This document shows positions 56,383 through 64,000 of a stretch of 64,000 nt of DNA, piece after piece. Numbering within the stretch: position 1 is the first letter of the stretch; each line of letters opens with the position of its first letter. Under the pieces are notes generated by a model. The model worked only from the letters and a program-made list of their open reading frames with translations. It ran no database searches and had not been told where the DNA came from. The stretch comes from Pseudobdellovibrionaceae bacterium. GTDB lineage: Bacteria > Bdellovibrionota > Bdellovibrionia > Bdellovibrionales > Bdellovibrionaceae. Where the stretch lies: positions 1 through 64,000 of the forward strand of contig JBIKLL010000003.1 in NCBI GenBank assembly GCA_044359815.1. Reading direction: 5' to 3'. Made by a program: the position numbers and the translations under genes.

Positions 56383-58155
56383 TTAGAACATCCATTTCAC
56401 AAAATAAGCTCTTTCGCTAATGTCTGATTCGTTGTCTCGGGACAATTGATTATGTGAAATTTCTAAGCCCACAGAATGATCTGAATTAATTAAATATCGA
56501 AAATTCATGGAAGCTTGATATTTCTTGGAATCAAAATATTTAAATTCACTAGACAGTTTCCAATCTGGTGACAGTTGCATCAGATAACCCAAATTAATTC
56601 CAGGGTAAAAATACTTTTGCCAAACGCTTAAATTTAACAACACAGAAAATCTGCAATCTAGGCCTTCACACAGATCATAGGATTTGCCTGCATTGGCATC
56701 CAGAAAGCCCACTAAAGCTTCAGAATGCGATAATTCAGATTCCATCCCAAGATTGATTCCCCACGACCAATCAGAGAAATAATAATTTGAAGGTGGTCTG
56801 CTCTGAACATTTAAAACTTCTAGTTTTTTTAAATAATATTGATTTTGGTTGTTGGCCTCAAAATCAAATTTTAAAACTTCTAGTGCGCTCCACGTAAGAG
56901 TGGGTTCATCGTCCAAAAAACTTCTTTGCAACAATCTAAACCCAAACTTTGCAGTCGGGTTCTGACCGCGGATACCTAATCCTAAATTCCACTTTAAACT
57001 TTTGCTGGTCAATGATGACAATTGGGGCTCTTGAACTGAAAAATAATTTCTATCAGTCCGTTTGGATCTTAGTTTAGCCAAGGTGTAGGACAATTCTTTG
57101 TAGTGCCTATTTTCAGAATCACCAGACAGTTTTATGGCCGAGTATATTTGCAAAAATTCAAGTTCGGCAGAATTCAGATTATCCAAATTTGAAAACAGTT
57201 TTTCGGGCTCTTTATCAATCAGATTTTTGCGTTGGTAAAATTCTGACTTTAATGATGACCTGTATTTTGCAACGGTTGTGATTTGTTGATCATAGACTTT
57301 TTCTAGGGCTTCTTTGGGCGTGACCCACAGTTCTTCATTGTTGACTAAATCTAACTGAGGTCTTGCGACCATTAACAGTTTCAAAATAAAATAAGCACAG
57401 TTGTCATCCAAATAATAATAATCAAAATATCGACCTTCCATTTCCCATACATGTTGAAGAATTTTTCGAATTTCCAAGGGGCTATAGTTTAATTTAAGTT
57501 CCCAAATATCCCTGCCATCCAGATCCGTGTATTCTTTGATCAGCAGATGATAAGGGGCAAAACCATAGGTGGCGGGAAAGTATCCAAACAGCCCTTTCAG
57601 CGCATACAGAGCCCCAGAGTCCGAACCAGTGCGTGCCGAAAAATTGATTCCATAATCGATTAATTCATTTCCCAGTGAGCGTTCGCTTTTGAATTTTAAT
57701 AAAACATGCCCGAAGGTCGATGAGGGGTTTTGTAAAAAACTTGATGCAAAAACTAAATAGATTTCGTTAGCAGCTAGTTTTCTGTAAAAATCTTCAAACT
57801 CGGGACAATCCCACTGTTGTTCCTTAGGGATTCCTAGGTTTCTGGCTAAAAAATCCCTTCTGAGCATATATTTGCATTGAGTCTGTCGCTGAATATTGGG
57901 TGCCGAATAAAACATAAGCTCAACGGTTTTTAACAATTCACTTTTGGCATTGTGATTTCCATCAGCAGCTAAAAAATGATCACCCCTTATTTTTGAAGTC
58001 AGATTTTCATCATAATAATTCAGGATAGACCATTCGGGATTCAGCCATAATTGGCTTTGCTGAGCTTTAAAAACAAAAGGCAGGGGTTCGTCACCCACTG
58101 CCTTTATGCTGATCAAAAATAATAAACTAAATACTGCTGACTTTAGTGATATCAC
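56383..58155 (-). CDS. DUF4105 (Lnb N-terminal-like) domain protein with C-terminal beta-barrel
   Basis: NPSSTFGHVLL, GLFGYF, RDIWE, YYYLDDNCAY. Confidence 0.8.
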   Translation of the reverse strand: MISLKSAVFSLLFLISIKAVGDEPLPFVFKAQQSQLWLNPEWSILNYYDENLTSKIRGDHFLAADGNHNAKSELLKTVELMFYSAPNIQRQTQCKYMLRRDFLARNLGIPKEQQWDCPEFEDFYRKLAANEIYLVFASSFLQNPSSTFGHVLLKFKSERSLGNELIDYGINFSARTGSDSGALYALKGLFGYFPATYGFAPYHLLIKEYTDLDGRDIWELKLNYSPLEIRKILQHVWEMEGRYFDYYYLDDNCAYFILKLLMVARPQLDLVNNEELWVTPKEALEKVYDQQITTVAKYRSSLKSEFYQRKNLIDKEPEKLFSNLDNLNSAELEFLQIYSAIKLSGDSENRHYKELSYTLAKLRSKRTDRNYFSVQEPQLSSLTSKSLKWNLGLGIRGQNPTAKFGFRLLQRSFLDDEPTLTWSALEVLKFDFEANNQNQYYLKKLEVLNVQSRPPSNYYFSDWSWGINLGMESELSHSEALVGFLDANAGKSYDLCEGLDCRFSVLLNLSVWQKYFYPGINLGYLMQLSPDWKLSSEFKYFDSKKYQASMNFRYLINSDHSVGLEISHNQLSRDNESDISERAYFVKWMF

Positions 58156-58615
58156 AAGACTGCTGAATCACCTTTGATGATTCGGTTGCATTCTTCAGAT
58201 TAGAATTTAATTGCTCCCAAGAAACATCGCTTGATGGAACCAAGGTTTGGTAATTTTCTTTGGTCCATTCAGCAAAAACTTTTTGAGAATTTGAATCAAT
58301 GCAGCCATTTAAAGTTGCCAGTGTTGACAGCTTTTCACCATTTCCTACGGCCATTTGTCGTTTTAATTCTTCGCTGTTCACTTCAACAAAGTACTGAATC
58401 TGTTTGTCGTTTTTAACCAAGCCACTGGCTGTGCAACCAGATGTTCCAAAGGTGATTCCCAGTGGTTGAGTAAACAAACTGTGATTTGTCGTCATAGAAA
58501 ACAATTGCAAGATTTTTGAATTTTTCTGAATGACTACACTGCCTAATCCGCAACCTGAATCACCAGCAAAGCTCGCTACTGGAAAAATTAATAATGCTAA
58601 AACTAATTTCATCAT
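58127..58615 (-). CDS. DUF3015 family protein
   Basis: SGCGLGS, TTN, GITFGTSGC, MAVGNGE. Confidence 0.82.
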   Translation of the reverse strand: MMKLVLALLIFPVASFAGDSGCGLGSVVIQKNSKILQLFSMTTNHSLFTQPLGITFGTSGCTASGLVKNDKQIQYFVEVNSEELKRQMAVGNGEKLSTLATLNGCIDSNSQKVFAEWTKENYQTLVPSSDVSWEQLNSNLKNATESSKVIQQSCDITKVSSI

Positions 58616-58676
58616 GAAATCCCCCTTATGTTGTTGGATATTAATAATTATCCAGACAATCAGGGGGTGTTACAAA

Positions 58677-59072
58677 CTATTTTGCTTCAGCAATTAGTTT
58701 TTTATAGTCTGGGGCTCTCATTAAATTGGCCAGTTCTTTCTCAGAATCCATTTCAATGCGGATCAACCAGCCATTGTTTACTGGATCATCGTTCAGTACA
58801 GCGGGGTCATCACCAATTGAATTGTTCACTTCAATCACTGTGCCGCTAACAGGAGCATACAAATCACTGACGGCTTTAACGCTTTCAACAACACCAAATG
58901 ATTCGCCTTGGTTTACCTTTTGACCTTCTTCGGGCAACTCAACATAAACGATTTCGCCCAAAGAATTTTGAGCAAATTCTGTGATCCCAATCGTTACGAT
59001 GTTTTCATCGACCTGAGCCCATTCATGATCCTTGGTGTAGTAGTAGTCTTCTGGGATGTGATAAGTTGCCAT
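58677..59072 (-). CDS. gcvH: Glycine cleavage system H protein
   Basis: YTKDHEW, GIT.FAQ, ESVKAVS lipoyl lysine. Confidence 0.96.
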   Translation of the reverse strand: MATYHIPEDYYYTKDHEWAQVDENIVTIGITEFAQNSLGEIVYVELPEEGQKVNQGESFGVVESVKAVSDLYAPVSGTVIEVNNSIGDDPAVLNDDPVNNGWLIRIEMDSEKELANLMRAPDYKKLIAEAK

Positions 59073-59096
59073 ATTAATAACCTCTTTTAATCGCAG

Positions 59097-60191
59097 TTAG
59101 TTTTTATTAACAAAGGGTGTTTTCACCACTTCTGCTTTCACTTTTCTTCCGCGGATATCAACGCAAAACTGATTTCCGATTCTTTCAAAAGGCAATTGGA
59201 CATAACCAATCCCAATGGGAGCATCCAAAGAAGGTGAGTGAGTGCCACTAGTTACATATCCAATTTCTTGGTTGTCAAAGGAAAACAATTTGTATCCCTG
59301 TCTGGGAATTCCCTTTTCAAGCATCTTAAATCCCACAAGTTTTCGTGTTGGTGATTCTTTGCCTGCTTTGACTTTTTCTTTACCCAAAAAATCTTTTGCA
59401 TCCAATTTTACAACCCAACCCAGGCCAGCTTCATAGGGATTCGTCGTGTCATCAATTTCGTGTCCGTAAAGGCTGTATTTCATCTCGGTGCGCAGGGTGT
59501 CTCTGGCGCCCAATCCGATAGGTTGCACAGAAAAGCTTGAGCCTTTTTCCAATAAATCATTCCACAGTTTCGAAGCCACAGAGGCTTCTACAAATACCTC
59601 AACCCCGGTTTCCCCTGTGTAACCAGTTCTGGCCACTATGATGGAACCGTTTCGGTATTTGCCACGAATAAAAGTAAAGTTTCGCTGTGTTTCAGTCTCG
59701 ATGCCCAGGACGGTATAAATCAGTTTGTGGGCCATCGGTCCCTGTACGGCGATTTGGCCCCATTGAGAGCTTTCGTCGGTGATATCGGCGCCCTTGTTAT
59801 TTTGGGTCATCCATTTAAAATCTTTATCTTTGTTTGCGGCATTCACGCACACCAAATATTCGGTCTGTGGCTCAAGACAGTAAACGATAATATCATCGAC
59901 CAAACCACCATCGTGATTGGTCAACAGATTATATTGAGCTTCCCCAGATTTGATTTTTGATAAATCATTAGTGGTCAGCCATTGTAATGTGGCCAGGGCA
60001 TTGGGGCCTTTAAATCGGATTTCACCCATATGTGAAACATCAAACAGTCCCACGTTTGTGCGCACACAATTGTGTTCTTCAATCAGTCCCTTGTATTGAA
60101 TCGGCATTGAATAGCCGGCAAATTCCACCATTCGGGCGTTCAGACGTACATGATCTTCGTAAATTGGAGTCTTAAGGATTTCTGACATCAC
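59097..60191 (-). CDS. gcvT: Glycine cleavage system aminomethyltransferase T
   Basis: FDVSHMGE, RTGYTGE, GLGARDTLR. Confidence 0.96.
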   Translation of the reverse strand: MMSEILKTPIYEDHVRLNARMVEFAGYSMPIQYKGLIEEHNCVRTNVGLFDVSHMGEIRFKGPNALATLQWLTTNDLSKIKSGEAQYNLLTNHDGGLVDDIIVYCLEPQTEYLVCVNAANKDKDFKWMTQNNKGADITDESSQWGQIAVQGPMAHKLIYTVLGIETETQRNFTFIRGKYRNGSIIVARTGYTGETGVEVFVEASVASKLWNDLLEKGSSFSVQPIGLGARDTLRTEMKYSLYGHEIDDTTNPYEAGLGWVVKLDAKDFLGKEKVKAGKESPTRKLVGFKMLEKGIPRQGYKLFSFDNQEIGYVTSGTHSPSLDAPIGIGYVQLPFERIGNQFCVDIRGRKVKAEVVKTPFVNKN

Positions 60192-60228
60192 AGACTCTTA
60201 TCGCAAAAACTTTATTTTTGAAACTGAT

Positions 60229-61317
60229 TTATTTGTGAGGGTTGAAGTCCTTGGTGTCTTCGCCGTATAGGTAAATAAGGCTTCCGCCCTTTAACTGTCT
60301 GATAAAATGCTTAGCGACAGCCGGCTCTAATGCGGGACAACCATAGGATCGGCCGACTCTTTCATAGGACAAAATGATTCCGTCGTTAATGTAATTAGCT
60401 CCGTGAATAATGATTTCGCGGTCATAGGCTTTGCTGTTTGTATCGGAAAGTCCGTGCATTTTTAGCGACACTCCGTGACCTCTTGAGCAATAGTCTGATG
60501 AAGCCAAATAAAATCCCACAGATGATTTTCCAGAATTTTCCTCAGGGTCTGTGTTGCCAAAATCTGTGGCAAAGCCAGTTCCCATAAAAGCTGATTTGAT
60601 GTTTGGATCGCTGCCTTTACCGTGGGCTGTAAGACCAGCTTCCAATTCAATTAGGCCTCTTGAAAAATCTGTGATTTTAAATTTAAAAAATCTTTTTTTT
60701 GCAGAGTGCAGCCTGAGATCAATAAACGTCAGATAAGTTTTGTTTTCAATTTTATCAGCGTGCTCAATGTACATAGAAAGCAGTTCGATCAACTGATCTT
60801 CAGCATCAAACGAAACGTATTCGTAATAAGGTTTTAAGAGTTTTAAAAAAATATCGATTTGATAGGTTCTTTTAATGTCGGTTAGTAGTTGGTTTGTCAG
60901 GATCGCTGGTTTCCAGTTGCTGAGTTCTGCAGCTTGCTTCCAGTAACCCAATTGTTCTTTGGCGATAATGCTGATTTCAAAATCAGACAAATTTTTAGTG
61001 ACCATGCATTTGTACGGAAAAAACAAAGGCTTTTTGCGAGCTTTTTTTCCGCTAATTTCAGGCTGAAATTTGTCCATGTAAGACAGCTCAGTGTAAGTGT
61101 TCAAAAATTCCAGATAGGATGCTCGGCCTTGCTGATAGGCAAACAGGCCTTCTTGTTGAACTTCATCTAATTGTAAATTTGAAGTTTCAAAATAAGGTAA
61201 AGCTGATTGATAATTTAATTTCGAAGCATAAACGGATTGAGAGATAAAAAGGCTTAAGGCGATAAAGGTCAAAATCAGGTAAACCAAAGTTTTGGTCAGT
61301 TTTATTATGGCTGTCAT
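60229..61317 (-). CDS. Murein L,D-transpeptidase (YkuD_2 family) with N-terminal extension
   Basis: AHGKGS, SSVGF, IIIHGANY, GRSYGCPAL. Confidence 0.85.
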   Translation of the reverse strand: MTAIIKLTKTLVYLILTFIALSLFISQSVYASKLNYQSALPYFETSNLQLDEVQQEGLFAYQQGRASYLEFLNTYTELSYMDKFQPEISGKKARKKPLFFPYKCMVTKNLSDFEISIIAKEQLGYWKQAAELSNWKPAILTNQLLTDIKRTYQIDIFLKLLKPYYEYVSFDAEDQLIELLSMYIEHADKIENKTYLTFIDLRLHSAKKRFFKFKITDFSRGLIELEAGLTAHGKGSDPNIKSAFMGTGFATDFGNTDPEENSGKSSVGFYLASSDYCSRGHGVSLKMHGLSDTNSKAYDREIIIHGANYINDGIILSYERVGRSYGCPALEPAVAKHFIRQLKGGSLIYLYGEDTKDFNPHK

Positions 61318-61428
61318 AGGGAGCTATCACTAACAAAAAATGTGCCGATTTCGCCAGTGATTAGTTAGATTTAGCAAATTCCACAAGGTAAGATTTTCAC
61401 CTTTATTCAGATTGTGTATGGCCCCTGA

Positions 61429-62145
61429 CTACTGTGAATAGGCGTAAATCAAACTGCCGTAGCTGATCCGATTGATCAAATAATTGGTATAGGCATGATT
61501 AATTGCAGGACAGCCCCAGCTGCGACCCGGTTTGTCTTTACCAGGGCCAATATAATTAGAGCCATGAACCACAATCAAGCGTTCGCGAACTCGGTAATTA
61601 GAATCGCTGACCCCGCTGAGTCTTAACGAAAGGCCGTTGCCACCTTGGTATTCTTCCTGGGTGAACATAAACCCCAGTGATGACATCAGTGAACCGTTGA
61701 CGTTTGAAAAACGGGTAGCATAACCGTCGTTATCCGGGTCTGAGTTTTTACCATGGGCCACATGATAGACTTGAACTCTGCCTGATTTCATGTCCAGCAG
61801 AAAGTACCTTGCTTTCGTAGCATGCGGTTTGTAATTGATGATTGAAATATAGTTTTTGTTGTTCAATCTGCCACGGTGATAATTAAAAAACAAAACGGCT
61901 TCTTCAAGAGCTTTTGTGGGAACAATTCTTTGGGGATCGAGGTGATTGTATTTAGCCAGAATTTCTTTTTTCTCGATGGCTGAGTACGAAGGCTTTGCCC
62001 AAACATCTCTGCCCATGAAATTAGCAATAAAGTTTGGATCCGGATCACCTAAAATCTGTCCTTTATAAATTTCGGCATGGGCAGGTGTTCCCAAAAATCC
62101 AATGATCAAAAAGGCATTCAACAAAAGCGATGTTGCTTTTTTCAC
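61429..62145 (-). CDS. Murein L,D-transpeptidase (YkuD_2 family)
   Basis: VAHGKNS, FSN, SSLG, IVVHG, GRSWGCPA. Confidence 0.88.
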   Translation of the reverse strand: MKKATSLLLNAFLIIGFLGTPAHAEIYKGQILGDPDPNFIANFMGRDVWAKPSYSAIEKKEILAKYNHLDPQRIVPTKALEEAVLFFNYHRGRLNNKNYISIINYKPHATKARYFLLDMKSGRVQVYHVAHGKNSDPDNDGYATRFSNVNGSLMSSLGFMFTQEEYQGGNGLSLRLSGVSDSNYRVRERLIVVHGSNYIGPGKDKPGRSWGCPAINHAYTNYLINRISYGSLIYAYSQ

Positions 62146-62199
62146 TCAGGACCCCTTTCAAACTCAAAATACTATTAAAGGCAGAATGAAAAACTTTTT

Positions 62200-63207
62200 T
62201 CAATTGCGGTAGACTAGTTTTATGGGGATCTGAGTCCTGATTTCGTTGTTCAGTTTTTTAACATCACTTGGGATTTCAACCAGATCGCCGCGCAGCAAAT
62301 TTAATTCAGTTTTTTCACGGCTGAGTGCAGATATAAACATTCGTGTGGAATCAGAACAAGACATTAGTCTAGTTTTTCCTTTTTCATTTTGGATATCGCC
62401 GATGATTCTTGCGTAGTTTTTCGGAAGATCCAATTTGTATTTTGAAGCCAGCAGATAGCTCAGACTTAGGTCGCGTAATTTCATCGGCAGAATTTCTTGA
62501 ACGGATTTAAACCAATCAGGCAGCTCAAAATTAATTTTGTCGTGGCACCAATCCGTTTTGGAGTTTTCCAGTAATGGGCATCTGTCCTGATGGGTGCAAG
62601 GCGCCCAAATATGCCAATCATGATTGATTAAAACCTGTCTGAATTTTTGCAAATTTCTGCTGTCAGCTTGGGTGGCAGGTTCAACCATCATTTGCTGATC
62701 GAATTTTTTTAAAATTTTTAGCATCTTGTTGGGGTTTTCGGTTTCGGTCACAGAAAACGACGCCAAAAACAAACTGTCAACCATGGGCTCTTTGGGAAGC
62801 TCGGTGGATAAATGAATATCGGTGTTCAGAATTTTGCACAGCTTTTCCAACAGATGGTACAGTTCTTTGGATTGATCATGGCCAATAATTTTTAAATCTG
62901 CTCCCGAGAAATTCAAAAATCCAGCACCCAGGCCGCAGCCGTAATCAAAAACGGTTTTTGTGGAATCAAAAAAATTAAAAAAATCCCCTTGAGCTTTGGC
63001 TCTTTGGACTCGCAAATAATTGAGTGGGGTGTAATAAAAAAATTGCGCGATCACGACCTGAGGATCATCCCATTGAGTTTCTTTGGTGGGATTTTGAATG
63101 TAATAGTCGCTTTGTTTTTTAACGGCTTCAGCAATTTCCAGGGATGTGGGGGATCTCCCAGTCAGCTTATGAAAATATTCTGGCCAATGTGTAAAATCAA
63201 TTTTCAT
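62200..63207 (-). CDS. Rsm22-like methyltransferase
   Basis: DYGCGLG, VEP, APCTHQDRCP, DWCH. Confidence 0.78.
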   Translation of the reverse strand: MKIDFTHWPEYFHKLTGRSPTSLEIAEAVKKQSDYYIQNPTKETQWDDPQVVIAQFFYYTPLNYLRVQRAKAQGDFFNFFDSTKTVFDYGCGLGAGFLNFSGADLKIIGHDQSKELYHLLEKLCKILNTDIHLSTELPKEPMVDSLFLASFSVTETENPNKMLKILKKFDQQMMVEPATQADSRNLQKFRQVLINHDWHIWAPCTHQDRCPLLENSKTDWCHDKINFELPDWFKSVQEILPMKLRDLSLSYLLASKYKLDLPKNYARIIGDIQNEKGKTRLMSCSDSTRMFISALSREKTELNLLRGDLVEIPSDVKKLNNEIRTQIPIKLVYRN

Positions 63208-63998
63208 GTTGTTGCGGGCAGATTTCTGATCACTTGATTAATTTTAATGGCATTCATGCAATCAAAATGCGTGCATTGCTTTTCCCAGCATTTTGTCGAA
63301 GCTGGACAGGGCACTGTGGGTTCTAAAATAGTTATCAGCTTACCTCTTGGTGCCCAACGTGTGCTTGCGTGAACCTTCATGGGTGAATAAATGCTGATCA
63401 GAGGGGTTCCTACACCAGCTGCCAAATGAGCCACTCCTGTACTGGGCGCGATCACAGAGGTTGCCTGTGACAAGATATAAACTAAATCCGAAAACCGCAG
63501 TTTATCCTGCAGCCATCTGACCTGTTGGTGACCCATCCATTGAGCTTTGATTTTATCCAAATAAGGTTCATCACTTGTTGTTCCAGTGATGACAACCACC
63601 TGTGTTTCAATCAGCTTAGAAATCAGTTCACAATAATGATCCTGATCCCAGTTTCTGGCTGATCCAGCCATTCCGGGATGAACAACAAAATATTTTTTTG
63701 GTTTTAAGTGATACAGATTTAACAGCTCTGATTTATCAGTTGGTTGTAATTTTAAATATTGGGGTTGTGATTTATCCAGACGGAAAGCAAATTCTAAAAG
63801 TTCATGATTGTACTGGTATTCATGCTTATCTGATTTGCTGCGGCTTTGCCTGAGGGATTTATTTAAAAATAAATATGAATGCCATTGGCTTCGTCGGCCG
63901 ACGCGGTATCTGACCCCCGCAATTAAAAAAGCCAAGCTGACCCACCAAGGACAATAAAAAAACAAAACTCCACGAGGTTTTTGATTGCGGATTTGTTT
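63204..63998 (-). CDS. Glycosyltransferase family 9 (heptosyltransferase-like), 5'-truncated by window end
   Basis: VHPG, STGVAHLAA, RWAP, C-terminal Cys cluster; frame is open to the window edge. Confidence 0.85.
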   Translation of the reverse strand, partial: KQIRNQKPRGVLFFYCPWWVSLAFLIAGVRYRVGRRSQWHSYLFLNKSLRQSRSKSDKHEYQYNHELLEFAFRLDKSQPQYLKLQPTDKSELLNLYHLKPKKYFVVHPGMAGSARNWDQDHYCELISKLIETQVVVITGTTSDEPYLDKIKAQWMGHQQVRWLQDKLRFSDLVYILSQATSVIAPSTGVAHLAAGVGTPLISIYSPMKVHASTRWAPRGKLITILEPTVPCPASTKCWEKQCTHFDCMNAIKINQVIRNLPATT

Positions 63999-64000
63999 AA

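Noticed and set aside
60192..60228. Glycine riboswitch before gcvT
   Set aside because: Spacer is only 37 bp; no aptamer motif seen

Overview
Gene-dense (about 40% GC by eye) chromosomal window from a Bdellovibrionota-like predatory bacterium; the taxon is inferred from gene content. It holds a split Tad/Flp pilus locus (cpaF, secretin, cpaB-like, TadE/G-like pilins, flp), a large secreted Gly/Met-rich low-complexity protein, and a tandem pair of [small lipoprotein + S8 protease-CAP fusion]. It also has motAB, a DEDDh-WYL exonuclease, a sensor kinase / degenerate GGDEF / alr / mlaEFD run, two YkuD_2 L,D-transpeptidases and housekeeping genes (folD, rsmE, prmA, rluB, dsbD, nadB, purH, cysE, rnhA, gcvT/H). 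The most unusual signal is non-coding: two related families of long palindromic intergenic elements. Type I (3 copies: 1-185, 3486-3902, 51648-52067) is a ~420 bp nested hairpin whose GC-rich A/B modules are arranged so that each DNA strand carries one identical mismatch-containing site. Type II (18737-18955, 34707-34888, half copy near 29262-29360) has a conserved, covarying multi-hairpin core between near-perfect but copy-specific AT-rich inverted arms that extend into the 3' ends of neighbouring genes. No transposase, integrase, CRISPR array, rRNA or tRNA was recognised.
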